From NCBI GenBank assembly GCA_951406725.2, contig OX597816.1, positions 107,136,001 through 107,200,000 on the forward strand: a stretch of 64,000 bases of DNA, given 5' to 3'. A program made the position numbers and the translations under genes. Positions 37,650 through 51,467 of the stretch are shown piece by piece. How positions within the stretch are numbered: the stretch's first letter is position 1; each line of letters opens with the position of its first letter. The notes beneath the pieces are model-generated. The model was not told the DNA's origin and did no database searches. It worked only from the letters and a program-made list of their open reading frames with translations. The DNA is from Octopus vulgaris (Eukaryota).

Positions 37650-39130
37650 AAGCAGGATAGTGTATTAAACATAAACAAGCTTTAGAAGAAAGATTGATAT
37701 AGAAACACGAACGAGGAATATCTGAAGAGAAATGTGTGAGGTGACAATACTAGAAAACAAATGAAAAGAAACATAAGAGAGCGTGAGAACCAAAATATAG
37801 GTAGATAGATGGAGAGACACACAGATGAATAGAAAGATATTCAGACAGATTGATAAATAGATAGACATACATATATATACAGATAAATAGATAGATAGAT
37901 AGATAGATATATAGAGAGAAACGGATAGAAGTAAGAAAATGGTAGAGGGACATTATACAGAGGGAGAGAAATATATTGAAAAGAGGGACGAAACAAGAGC
38001 TAGTGAAAGATATGGAAATCGGGATACAGAAAGAAGAATTAAAGAGATGATGCAAGGTATAAGGCAGAGAATGAGGGTAGCACAAATACAAAAGAAAGAA
38101 ATTAAGTGAAATAGTAGAATTGAGGGTAGAGAAATGAAACAGAGAGCGAGAGGTAATTTAAAGAAGGGATCCTAAAGAAGAAATAAGAAATGGATATTTT
38201 ATAAAGTCAAAATATTCTTTTTCTTGCTTTCTCCAACTGTTAAGCAAAAAGTAATGTGTGTAAGAAGTGATAGAATAAGCGCAATATAGAAGACAAAGAA
38301 GTAGAAAAGCTAGAGATAGAGAAAGAGAGAGAGGAGAGAGGCAGATATAGACAGAGAACGAGAGAGAAAGAAAGGAAGAGAGGATGGAAGAGATGGTAGA
38401 TGGATACATACATTAGTGCGAATAGAAATGTTTGGGAAAGGTAGAGAATACGAAGCTGAATGAGTGAGAGAGAAAGAGAGAATAAACTGAAAGAGAAAAA
38501 AAAAAAAAAAGAAGGAAAGCGTGATGGGGATGAGAGAAAGATAAATGCTAGCGAGGAAGCGAGAAAACACCTCTTAGTTGTCTGTCGCTCAATGAGAACG
38601 AGGCAAGAAATGAGGGGAAAAGAGTTAGACGTTGTGGAGAAGGGCCCTTGAGAACTGCTTAAGTGCGTGTTTGTGTGTAAGGGAGAGGAATTAGAGCGGG
38701 AATATTAAGCATGGTGCCAGAAAAAAATCAGAACAAAAAAACTTAGAAATTAAAAGTATATATATGTGTGTGTGTGTTGAGAGAGAGAAAGAGAGTGAGA
38801 CCGTGAAAAAGAGGAGATCATTGATACTTATGAGAAAACGAGGAAAAGGTAAATAAAATATTGCGTGCACGTATGTGAGAAGGAAAGAGAAAGGGTGTAT
38901 GTGTGAGTGAGAGTAAGACGGCGGAAGAAATAAAGAGGAGTTGAATACACAAGCAGCGGTCGGTTTCATATGTGAGAGAGAGAGAGAGAGAATGTAAGGC
39001 ATAGGAAGCTCGGAGTGAGAAATAAAACGAGAGGGGTGAAGTTGAAGTAAGAGAGAGAGAGAGAGAGGGGGGAGAGAGAAAGAGAGATAGAGATCGAAAG
39101 TGAGTGAGAGAGAGAGAGAGAGAGGTTGTT
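37650..39130 (+). promoter_or_regulatory. 1.5-kb purine-skewed GA-rich tract; candidate promoter/5' region
   Basis: Strong A/G skew with (GA)n runs, free of SINEs, directly upstream of a Kozak ATG and splice donor. Confidence 0.4.
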
Positions 39131-39284
39131 AAGGTAAGTGAATGAGTGAGAGTATGCGGTAGAAGCAAGCCAAAAGTGTTTTTGGTCGTTGAGAAAATCA
39201 CATCTCGAACGGCAAGTTGAGAAAAAGAGAGCCAAGCTTGGATGGTTGTATGTTGATGGCTTAGTCTCACCAAAATTCAACACA

Positions 39285-39288
39285 ATGG
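39285..39288 (+). CDS. Candidate first coding exon end: ATG G | gtaagt
   Basis: caacacaATGG has -3 A and +4 G, immediately followed by a perfect gtaagt donor (phase 1). Confidence 0.55.
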
Positions 39289-40659
39289 GTAAGTTAAATA
39301 AATATTATTAATAATTATTATTTTTATTTGCAATATCAACATCATCGACATCTTTATATTGCATAATCGCGGGGTTTATCTTTGAGGTTATTGATGTTCC
39401 TTAGTAGTAACTGCTAGCACTGCTGTTGATGAACGATGTTATTATTTAGTCATCGAGTTTTGTTATTGACGATTTTGTGGACCTCGTGTTTCTGTGCTCA
39501 GATCCCGTTCGGTATCGACTTGACCATAACATCCGTCCACAGTTCGATAAAACAAGAAGTACCAGTGGTATGTTCATGTCGATTCGATCATCTGAAGGAA
39601 ATTGCTCTACATTTCGTCAAATGAAATAATTTCTGTTCATATTTTATAGAAATGGTGTTATTCGGTCGTTCGTGAAAGATGGGGGAAAATATTTGTAGGT
39701 AGCCAAAACTATCTGGAAAGATGAGCCGGGCAGACAAAACTGTTTGGGAAGATGTGACGAGTAGAACGGTTTTGGAAGGTGTAGTAGGCAGATAAAATTG
39801 AAGCTGTTATTGCTGTTTACCCCCTAGTAAACCCCGATCAAACAAACCAATAATCTATGTTAATCCAGTGATGATCATCCCGTGTTTTGCAAATTATATT
39901 AGGATTACCTTAACATATCCTTTAAGTCTCCTTCGTTGACTCGTTCGTAAGAGAACTGTTTGGGAATGCGGTGTGTAGACAAACCAGCGGACGAAGATGT
40001 ACTATATAGACTAAAAAGTCTGTAAGTGGACAAAGCTGTACAGAGAGGTGTAATGGGTTGACGATATGGCCTGACAGAGTTATTTACGGGTACTCTGCTT
40101 CCATCGAACCTAGTTAATTATGGTTGGGATGAAGAAGAGATAGATAGATAGGTATGGAGGGAGGGGGAGAGAGAGGATTCTATTTTAAAAACATGACAAA
40201 AGATCTTAAGTTTAGCAGCGTACGATGAGTCAATCGCCTCCAACTAATTCTTTCTCGCTTTTCTTCCCACTTTCCAAGAGTTTATTTGCGTTTGTTTACC
40301 TTGATAATGTAATAACTTGATTCTCACTCTATGAATTACTTCATAGTTTAATACTTTTAAACTGTTCTGTTACCTTGTTTTATTTTCTCTCTTTTCCGTT
40401 TTGTGATTCCCTTGCCGTTCTTGTCGCTTGGTGGTGACACGTTTTGGCGCAAGTACACCAGGACCGAGTACAACAATTAACAGATGTTCTACCCTATCCA
40501 TGTTTTATTTCCATTAAATTGAGGTGTTATCCTGTATCATGTGTAATTGGGCGTAATTATTTTGATTGCATAATCATATCTTGATTCCAAGAAGGCCCTC
40601 GAAGGTCGTAAACACTGCACTTCTTTGACTTAAAAAAATGTGAAGGTTTATGCATAATC

Positions 40660-41160
40660 ATGTGCTTGTGCATGCTTGTACGTATGCATGCATGCATGTA
40701 TAAACACTCACATATACATACTTATGTGTGTTTGTGTATGTATGAGTGTTTACATACGTTCGTTCGTATGTATGTATGTATGTATGTATGTATGTATGTA
40801 TGTATGTATGTATGTATGTATGTATGTATGTATGTATGTATGTGTATGCATGCATGCATGTATAAACACATACATACATGCTTATATGCATGTATGAGCG
40901 TTTGTATGTATGAATGCTTCTGTACGTTCGTATGTGTATATCCTTGTACATACGTATGTATGTATGTATGTATGTATGTATGTATGTATACATAAACACA
41001 CATACATGCTCATACGTATGTTTATGTATGTATGAGTGTTTATGTACGTACTTATGTATGCATGCATGCATGTATATTTGTATGTATGTATGCATGTATA
41101 TATGTATGTATGCATGCATGTATGTATGTATGTATGTATGTATGTATGCATGCATGCATG

Positions 41161-41194
<34 letters not shown>

Positions 41195-41230
41195 TGTATG
41201 TATGTATGTATGTATGTATGTATGTATGTG
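40660..41230. repeat. Compound (TATG)n/(CATG) microsatellite with higher-order duplication
   Basis: Recurrent tgcatgcatgtataaacac and tatgagtgttta blocks. Other long microsatellites at 18300-18420, 29760-29915, 45635-45920, 49720-49935 and 63860-64000. Confidence 0.9.
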
Positions 41231-43216
41231 CACATATCATTCTCATGGGCACCTTGTCACTTTAACGCTAGACTTGTTACCATGAATTAATTGCTTACCC
41301 ACGAGAGGATACTCATGATTTCTTGTCGGGATATCAGGCTTGCTTTTAATCTTTCTCTTCCACCTCACATCTTATTCTGAATAGCCTCAACTTCTATTAT
41401 TTAAAAGAAAAATGTGCATCGTGGACTGACAGAATTGGTAGGGCGTGGGACAGAATATGTTGCAATATTTAGTTACCTTATTTTGCATTCTAAGTGCTAA
41501 CCTTATTTTACATTCTAAGTTCCAATCCTGCCGCATTCAATTTCACCCTTTTTTCAGGGGCAATATTATAGGCACCAATCAAATATCATAGTCGATGTGA
41601 CCTTGTACTTGAGTTAAAATAATTTGTTAACGCTCCAAACGGGGGAGTCTCAACAGGGTTATACAATATGCTAGAAATAGCAGCCAAATCTTCATCAAAT
41701 CATACCCTACTTTTTTCTTTTTATTAAGGAAAGGACGCTTTAGATTTTATAGTCCAAGACACTAAATTCCTGGAAAAACAAAAGAAAAAGAAAAATCAAG
41801 AATTTTGTGTATGTTAGATCTACTTGATCATACTAAACCATAAATATATAATGTAATAATTAGAAGAGTGTCAGTTGCCCTTCTTGTTTGGGCTCAAATC
41901 TCGCGAGGATAGAATGATACACTTTGCATTTCTCCAGAGTTGATAAGATATTAATAATATATTATTGTCAATTCGTCTATCGTCGATTATAATTATTACA
42001 GCACCAAAAATTTGGTTAAATTTCTTGTGAAAAAGATTAACAAAATAGTAACTAAATCAAACCGATGTTAAGAAGGGAACACAGTATTAACTCTGATAGA
42101 TAAAAAGAATTAATATAAGTAAATAAATAAGGCATACTTTAATCGCATGCTTTGAAAGGGAACCTAAACAGCACAGCAACACACAACCAATCGCTAAATA
42201 AAGTCAGTATGTCACTAGACTAACCGCTGACCCATGGTATACGACCTCTTCAATCAAGATCCTGGCAACCAAGCAGTCCAGCTTACGGCCCACACTAAAG
42301 GATAACAAATGTATTACAGAGCATCCAAGATGCGAATAGAGCCATAACAGAAGACAAAAATATTCTCGTGACAGGCTGGTTGCGGGTGAAAAATGAATAT
42401 ATAGCATATAAATTGTGCGCGTGCCTATCCACACACACACACACACACACACACACGTAGTTGTCGATAAATATGTAAATTCGTCGGTGTATTTGAATAT
42501 ATGCATATGTGAGGCATGTATATCTGAACACGCATACACCCATACTCTCTCTCCTTTGCTCTTTCTTTCTCTCTCTCTCACACACATTCACAGACTGGTA
42601 CAATATTGAGTTAAAACAATACAGATGTACAGCAGGATAAAATGTAGTTACTTCAATATGCTCCGGAACGACAATGGTTTAGTCTACGCCAACGGGGAGA
42701 CCCCACATGGTTGTTAAACTTGCTAGAAATAACAGCCAGATGTTTCCTTCTCAAACTACACTGCTGACTTAGCAAAGAAAGAATATGTTGGATGATGTTG
42801 TCCTGCGTGCTTCCGAAAGGACGGGATGGTCATGGCTGGAATATCCTTGATCATACGTCTGTTCGTTCAGGGAGGGACAGCAAAAGAAGAATACCTGAAG
42901 AATTATATCGTATTAATTATGTATTTTCATATTAAGAAACAGTGACACGGTGTGTTACTGTATGTTGTGGTTTGCCCAGCCCTAATCAAGCAGAACTTTG
43001 ATCAAAGACATGACCACTCCTTGTTTTAGAGTATTTAGGACAACATTATCGATTTTTTTAAAGATGGTAGGTATGATTTGAGGCAGAGTTGACTTATTTC
43101 TAGCAGACTGCGACTACGTAGAAACTCCAAACGGCTCAGTTTTACTTAAATTTCAAATGCTATGGTTTCGACTTTTTGATTGAAAAATAAATTACAAGTG
43201 CAGATGGGATATATAT

Positions 43217-43375
43217 ATATATATATATATATACTCACAAGCGTAGCTGGGGGGGGGGTCGGTTCGCCCCGGGCGGCACTTTTGGGCCTGCTTTAGGCAA
43301 TATGTTTTTTGTGGGGTCCGGGGGCGGCAAACAGAAGGGCCGCCCCGGCCGTCACACACTCTAGCTACGCTAGTG
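43217..43375. mobile_element. GC-rich MITE
   Basis: TIRs cacaagcgtagct / agctacgctagtg. A decayed inverted relative lies at ~59608-59757. Confidence 0.7.
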
Positions 43376-44320
43376 TATACACTTAATATTTTTATTCTTG
43401 GTCGTCAGTGGAGTTGAAAACATTGAGAAAACTTAGTGACTTCAATGATACGAAACATTAAAATAATGTTTCTCTAAAATTTGAAATAGTATTCTGCATG
43501 CAAAAAACCATAATTTATACTTATATACCTTGTCAAAATTTTAATAGAAAACATTGTGATTGTGAGAAAACGTAACAGTAGGACATTAACTTTCACTACT
43601 CACATTGTATAATTATTATTCAATATATATTCCTTTCAATATTTTGCTCGGATATTCTGCAATACCCAAATCAATTATGTTTAACTCGGTTTTGTATGAT
43701 CAAAAATATTCAAGGCGTATGCATCCCGAATCACGATGGAAATACTGTACACAAACACATGCCCCTATATGTGTGTGTGTATATATATATATACACACAC
43801 ATGCATATATGTGTACAGAACATCACCAACGGTGCAAATAACAAGAAATACGTAAACAAACGAGGGAAAACGAGTGAAATACGGAAGCAACAAGAAAAAA
43901 ATGGAAAACAGGACAAGTTAACACAGGGAAGGGACCCTTCATCAGTTGTTGGCTGTCTATCTACTCTTCATTTCGAGCATTCAATAACAATATGAGTCTT
44001 CAAAGACAGTTGCTCCCATAAATTCTAAAATAAAAGTTTGGATTTATGGAGGGTCAATGTTGGGAAAAGAAAACGACAGTGGAGACATACAAGGACAAAG
44101 AAACCGTTATATATATATATATATATATATAACCGTTGGTACTTTTCTGACATTGACAGTCAGGAACCTGTAATGCACTGGTACTTGTATCATTCAAGTA
44201 AATTTAACATTTAAGTTAGTGTGTTGACCGAGGCGACTATACCTGGTTCGGAAAAATCCGTAATCCCAAAAGACCGGGGAACCAAGGTTCCGGAAAATCG
44301 ATTTTGTACTTGTATATATA

Positions 44321-44381
<61 letters not shown>

Positions 44382-44933
44382 GAAGATTAACTTAGTGCGT
44401 AATTGAAGGGCGATTTGGCTACTAATTCTCGTTGGCTGAATGTTTTTCGTAGAGGTCCCTCCTTCTTACAACCGTATATGTTTGCTGGGGTGTATAGGTC
44501 TATATGCATATATACATACTTTTATCATTACAACTTGGTACTGCGTGACTAGAAGTTCCTCACAAGAATTCCATTGATTAGAAGCCTAATCAATTACATG
44601 CCAAATGTTGGGATTGGATTAGAGTTGACTAAGATATGAACTACCAAATGCCACCTGTATAAACCGATACGATGTATGTATGTATGTATGTATGTATGTA
44701 TGTATGTATGTATGTATGTATGTATGTATGTATGTATGTATGTATGTATTCATTCATTCATTCATTCATTCATTCATCCATTCATCCGTTCAAAAGGAAA
44801 AGATCCCAAATATCTTCCTTGCACCATATATTGTGTTACATCGTTTTTTGACATTACAGTATTGAGTACACTGTGTCATTGAGAAATATATAGACAATTG
44901 TACGTATGTATATGAATACACGTGTGTACGCGC

Positions 44934-44965
<32 letters not shown>

Positions 44966-45084
44966 ATATACATATACATATAAAAATAAACTTACTTGGA
45001 AATGGATGCGTGACATTCAATCAAATAATATATATAATATAAAACTTAGATATGTTTCGACCAAAGATTGGTCCAGGCCATATA

Positions 45085-45119
<35 letters not shown>

Positions 45120-45236
45120 CAATATATATACCTATTATATTTATATTCATCTGTATACTGAGTATAGTTGCATCCAGGTTTTCAGCTGAAAAGAGAACCG
45201 TCTGCATTTTAGATAAAAACGATGTTTGGGACATTT

Positions 45237-45302
<66 letters not shown>

Positions 45303-45632
45303 GCACGCACATGCACGCACACATAGACGCACGTACACGCCACAGATAAACAATGACATCGATGCAACTACATGTGCACGGCGAATTCGTTGAATGGTCT
45401 TCTGTTGTTTATCGCGTGAAGAATAATTTTGACGACCTGTGAGATTGAATGTCATTGCAGTTTGCTGTTGGTGTTCTGCGAATAAGAGACAGCCCACACA
45501 TTCAATGCATTTCCGTACGTATATTAATGCACGTAAATATTTTCATATACATTGTATATGTACGAACATCTACGTATACATACACACAGATACACACACA
45601 AGTACAAAGATGTAAAAGAAAACCGTTCTACC

Positions 45633-45691
<59 letters not shown>

Positions 45692-45755
45692 CACAGACCC
45701 CCCCCACACACACATATATATATGTATATATATATGATATATGTATGTATGTATA

Positions 45756-45789
<34 letters not shown>

Positions 45790-45807
45790 CGTATATATAT
45801 ATATATG

Positions 45808-45907
<100 letters not shown>

Positions 45908-47322
45908 GTATATATATATGTCTGTGTTTGTTTGTGTCTATATATATATGTATGTATGTAAGTATGCATGTATGTATATGCGTAATACCTATACAGACAC
46001 GATCACAACAAATATACTTCTTGTGAATGCTTATGGATTTGTGTGAATTCAATTTATCATACCTATGCTAAATTTTATCGTTTGTAATTAGTGGTATCTT
46101 CGCATGTTCTTATGTGTGTTTGCTATATAGTCTCAAATTATATAAACCTTAATAGCAACGCCTTTGCTTCTATGTTATATTTAGGTTTTACGACTGGATC
46201 TTTAGCATTGATTTCGACCAACGACTCTTCCAGTGGTTATATCGACGGAACTACCTATTCATTATAATAAGTGGTGTTTCTATTCTGCCGACACGCCGTA
46301 CCCTTTCTTGTAATCTCTTTTGGTAGATCAGGATCAGACCATAGTTTGTGGAAAGCGTGGACTCTCGAGATTGTTTCCGTCTAACGAATTTTATTCACAA
46401 GTGTTTGTTGGGTCGTCTCGAGTCTTATGATATAGGTTTTATGCACCTTGTCTATGTTTCCTGGAAGTGATCCGGCCCGAAGTAGCGATGTCGTTTTGCT
46501 TATAGTCTCTACACAGTCACCCTCGTCCATAAAAAGATAAAATAAAATCGAAAATTTATTGCTATCTGCATTAACTTCTCCCGTTCTAATCTGGTTTGGT
46601 TTAAGGAAGTCGACCCAATGTGTTCTCTCCTTCTCAAACTAATCTGTTTGTTTGTATGTGCAGGGCGTGTGTGGTGTGTATGTGTGTAAGGCGTGTATGT
46701 GTTTGTTGTGTATGTGAGTGCATGCGTGTGTGTGTGCGCGCGTGCGTGCATGCCTGCGTGTGTGTGTGTATATGGAAGAAGTGGCGGGGACAAGTACTGA
46801 CTGAACTTATTTCCATTAGTGGCGAGAAAAATTATGAACGGTTACATACGTACACTCTATGGTTTAACTGTGACCCAAGTCAACACCGACTAAAAGGCTT
46901 CACGACGAATAAATAAATAAATAAACAAACAACATTTCACACTACAACACTTGCGCAAAATCAATTTTTACTCCTTTCTACTTTCACTTTCTCTCTGTCT
47001 CTTTAATTCTATGCCTGTTTCCCTACATCACTGGCTCCAAAAACACACAACCTTGGACTTTTAATTAATTGTTTATATAATTATGAAGGGGAGACTGCAG
47101 GCGCATAGCATAAGCGCGGGGGCGGAGACAAAGTGGTAGAGGAAAGCAAGAGACCATCATTATTTAATTATAATTTAAATACTTCAGCTACTAAATTATA
47201 TCACCAGATATTATTGTACATAGGTACTCATGCACGCACACATACTACATATATTACGATCGTTACTCCTAGTTTCTCGCCACCGGACTTACACGCCACC
47301 GGACTTACATAACCGTTTGAAG

Positions 47323-47371
47323 ATGAGCAACGAGGAACTCCGAGTAACGATGTGTGGAAATTCAGCTTCCA
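47323..47371 (+). CDS. Weak candidate alternative first exon (MSNEELRVTMCGNSAS, phase 1)
   Basis: aagATG, open to ca|gtaaat donor. GC box ggggcggag ~200 bp upstream. Confidence 0.25.
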
Positions 47372-47616
47372 GTAAATTATTTCGCTATTTTTAGTATCGA
47401 GTACTCTTTTTATATTCACATGTGTATACACACTCATTCACACTCACACGCGCGCGCGCGCATACACACACAGGCACACAAACGCGCGTATGCACACACT
47501 CACACATGTGTGTAGCATTCTCTTGTTTATCTTTGCACATATATTACATCATATTTGTTTACTTTATATAGTCTGTTAAGAATGTATAAACAGGCGTTTA
47601 TACATACATACATACA

Positions 47617-47650
<34 letters not shown>

Positions 47651-47706
47651 CATACATACATACATACATACATACATACATACATACATACATACATACA
47701 TACCTG

Positions 47707-47767
<61 letters not shown>

Positions 47768-47768
<1 letters not shown>

Positions 47769-47960
47769 CGGATAAGTTTACGAAAATAAACAAAAGACGA
47801 AGGCAGGTGGAGTACAAACAAACAAATGTATTAGTATAGCACTCAGGAATAGAAATAGAAAAAGTCTTACGTTTCGAGCCTACGCTCTTCGACAGAAAGA
47901 TACACAGAAAAAAAAACAAGGAGAGAAAAAAATGCGTGTAGGAGCTAACGATCTATCATG
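47768..47960 (-). mobile_element. ~190 bp element in (TA)n with hammerhead-like motif
   Basis: Minus strand reads tcttt-CTGTCGA-a gagc gtag gctc-GAAA-cgta-aga (47865-47900). (TA)n on both sides. Confidence 0.55.
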
Positions 47961-48613
47961 ATATATATATATATATATACTCAGAAACTACACATCTGTA
48001 TATAATGTATCTATCCATATATATGTACACCCACACAAATATAAATCGTGAGGTGTGTTTCTTAGTGGTTCGGGTTTCGGCTGACGATCGTAAGGTGGCG
48101 GCGTGTTGTCCTTGAGCAAGACACTTTATTTCATGTTGCTCCTGTCTAGTCAGCTGTCAAAAATGAGTTGTACCTGTAATTCAAAGGGCCAGCCTTGACA
48201 CGTTCTGTGTTACATTGAAATCTCACCGAGAACTAATGTGAACGGTACGCGTGTCTGTGGAGTACTCAGCACGTTAGTTTCACCAATCGGCGGTTCCGGT
48301 TGAACAGATCGACTGGAACACACGTTGTCGTAACCGACGGAATGCTGATTGTTATATAAACCTTAAGCATTATATGTATGTAAGTTTGTATGCATAAACA
48401 TCTATACGATGCTTGCGACACAGTGTAAAATATACATACATCAAAGAAACAAACTATGTATCATGTTATTCAAACGGGGAAATAAATGTTATGCTGGGAG
48501 GGTTATTTGCGGACGTTGAACATTACTTGTTTCCTCAAATCCCTGTTTTACTATATATTGCCTTTTTTTTAAAATCCAGGTCATCATTATTCGAACAAAC
48601 GGTTCGTCTGAGG

Positions 48614-48847
48614 CAGTAGTTTTCAACTGGGGACCATATAAGATTTTGTTGCTAAAATTTATATCCAATGAATTGGTTTTACTTCTTCAATGGACTAAAT
48701 ATGTTAACATTTTTAATGCAGTTCTCAATAATATTTAATAATAAAAATATAGTATGATTTTTTAAACATTGAATAATCTATGAGGGTCCACCCGAATAAA
48801 ATAGGAACGAAAATGGTCCACAGGCAAAAAATGCTTGAGAACAACTG
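48614..48847. mobile_element. hAT-type MITE
   Basis: TIRs cagtagttttcaa / ttgagaacaactg with an 8-bp TSD gtctgagg / gtctaagg. Confidence 0.8.
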
Positions 48848-49805
48848 GTCTAAGGCATTCTAGCCCCAACCACATTGTTTTGTTTTCTTCTGTTGTTGTA
48901 ATTGTAGGATTACGTTGCCCTATGTGTATTTCTTTTATTAAAACTATGATATGATTTAAGAGAATTTGGTTGTTATTTTTAGAATATCAGGTGACCTGCG
49001 TATAGGATCTCTCTCGTTGGTTCAATAATGTAGCAGATAAAGTACCGGGAAATTCGTTCACTACTTTCGCTGTCTCCGTCGTCTAGCTACGTCAGTTACA
49101 CATGCGGTGATGGTGCTATTTGTCTTAAGGAAAACTTAACGAGAATTATTCGTGATGTAAAGTGTTAAAATTCGATATGCACTAATAATAGACAATCGGT
49201 GGTAATGGTGGTGGTGGTAGTAATTGTAGTGATGGTGGTGGTGGTAGTTTAGTCGGTAGAAGTGAAGTGGAATTGCGAATACACCCACACTCATAGATAC
49301 ACACGTATGTAATGTATGCATGGATGGAGGGTTAGGTGCAATGTATGTAAATAATGTGAGTGTATGGAGGGACGGATGTGTAGGCGGGTGGACAGATGGC
49401 TGGATAGGTGGATTGCAATTAAAGTTAGAGTATGACTGGATGAATAGATGGAGGGATTGATGGATAGAAGTAAAAGCTACGTAAATAATTCTTTCTAATG
49501 TTGGCACAAGAGAAGTAGATAGTTGATTACATTGACCCCCAGAGCTTAACGGGTACTGATTTTATTGACCCTGAAATGATGAAATGCAAAGTTGATTTTG
49601 GTAAAATTTGAACCCAGAATGTAAAAGCTCAAATGTCACCAAGCTTTTACTCGCCACCGGTATATGTAAATAACAAGCATTTCTATACGTATGTGTGTAC
49701 ATATATATTTACATACTTCCATGTATGTATGTATGTATGTATGTATGTATGTATGTATGTATGTATGTATGTATGTATGTATGTATGTATGTATGTATGT
49801 ATGTA

Positions 49806-49901
<96 letters not shown>

Positions 49902-51464
49902 CGTGCGCGTGCGTGTGCGTGCGTGCGTGTGTGTGTACGTAGGCATAAATGTATCTATGCATTGCATTTTAAATAAACAACAACTTAACCATTCACAAGC
50001 ATGGGTCTGTGTGTGTGAGTTCCAGTATTGCTGAGGTCAACTTTGTCTTTCAGCCTATTGAAGTCAATAGAAAAATACCAATCTGAAATATTAGATTGAC
50101 TGAACTGTAGGGAATTGGAATGGATGCCTTGCAGTATTTGCTCTGGCTCTTAGCATTCTGAGTTTCAATTCTACCAAGTGTTCTCTGGCCATTACTCTTG
50201 ATAGTGCTTTATTGTCTGTATCATGGTGAAGGTGTGTGGCTTAGTGGTTAGGGGTATTTGGCTCACAATCATAAGGACGTGAGTTCAATTCCTGGCAACA
50301 CATTGTGTCCTTGAGCAAGACACTTTATTTCACATTGCTCTAGTTCACTCAGCTGGCAAAAAATGAGTTGTACCTGTATTTCAAAGGGCCGCCCTTGTCA
50401 CATTCTGTGTCATGCTGAATCTTCCTGAGAACTACTATAAGGGTACATGTGTCTGTAGAGTGCTCAGCTACTTTACACATTAATTTCACGAGCAGGCTGT
50501 TCCATTGATGGCATCAACTGGAACCCTCGTTGTCGTAACCGATGAAGTGCCAGTTTAGATTTATATCATGGTTTATGTTGGGTTTATTCTTTTATTTGTT
50601 TCAGTTATTTGACTGCGGCCATACTGGAGCAATGCCTTTAGTTGAACAAATCCACCCCAGGACTTATTCTTTGTAAGCCTAGTACTTATTCTATCGGTCT
50701 CTTTTTGTCGAAACGCTAAGTTACTGGGACGTAAACACACCAACATCAGTAGTCAAGGAATGATGGGGGGGGGAGGGCAGCTGGGTCTACCTCAAGTTAC
50801 AGCCTACTGTCTTGAGAAACTAAAGAACATCATACATCGGAGGAAAAAAAGAAAATGGATGATCATAGCTGGAATGGTTCTTAAGCATTTTTTTACGCCC
50901 CACTGTTGTTATTCTTAGCACCCGCCTATGTAGTGAGTGAGGTATCACAACTGAACTAACATACCATGGATAATGATTTATAAATTTTACTCTAAAAATG
51001 GATTGTATTGTATCAGCTTTTAACAGTGAAATGATTAAAAAATGAATAAAGACAAAAGTTGTAAATTCACTTTTTGAAAGCTAATGACTTCTCTGCACCT
51101 GATGAGATATCTCATTTTATTTTAATAACCATTACTGTTTTTAAATATAATTATTACTACAGATAAAATTTAGCATGTTAATTATGTCACCTCACCCCAC
51201 ACCCCCACCAGTGCACCCTAAAGCCTAACACCTCCTTTGACATGCCCAGCACCCCCCTGGGAGTGGAACCTCTGGTCTAAACAATGACAGCTGCTATTAT
51301 CTATTACTCCTGCCACAGCTACAGCTGATACCACTGCTACTACCACTACTACTATGCCAGTTCAAGGAAACTGCACTTTCGTAGTTGCTTGACCTACATG
51401 AAACAGCAGCAAGACAAAAAGAAAATCAAATTAGTTTTGTGTATTGTTTTCCTTACACTTTCAG

Positions 51465-51467
51465 AGC
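51465..51467 (+). CDS. Candidate 3-nt microexon (AGC)
   Basis: ttgttttccttacactttcag|AGC|gtaaga: strong acceptor directly followed by a good donor. Confidence 0.3.

Noticed and set aside
40348-40470. ~100-nt AG-free pyrimidine tract, possible 6-nt exon GACCGA
   Set aside because: The gtacaa donor is weak and an earlier AG precedes it.
44266-44306. Hairpin + GAAA + atcgat palindrome resembling a hammerhead (similar cases at 45050-45075 and 17470-17505)
   Set aside because: No CUGANGA-like 5' core; at best fully decayed.
51098-51115. CTGATGA hammerhead core
   Set aside because: No GAAA half or closing stems.
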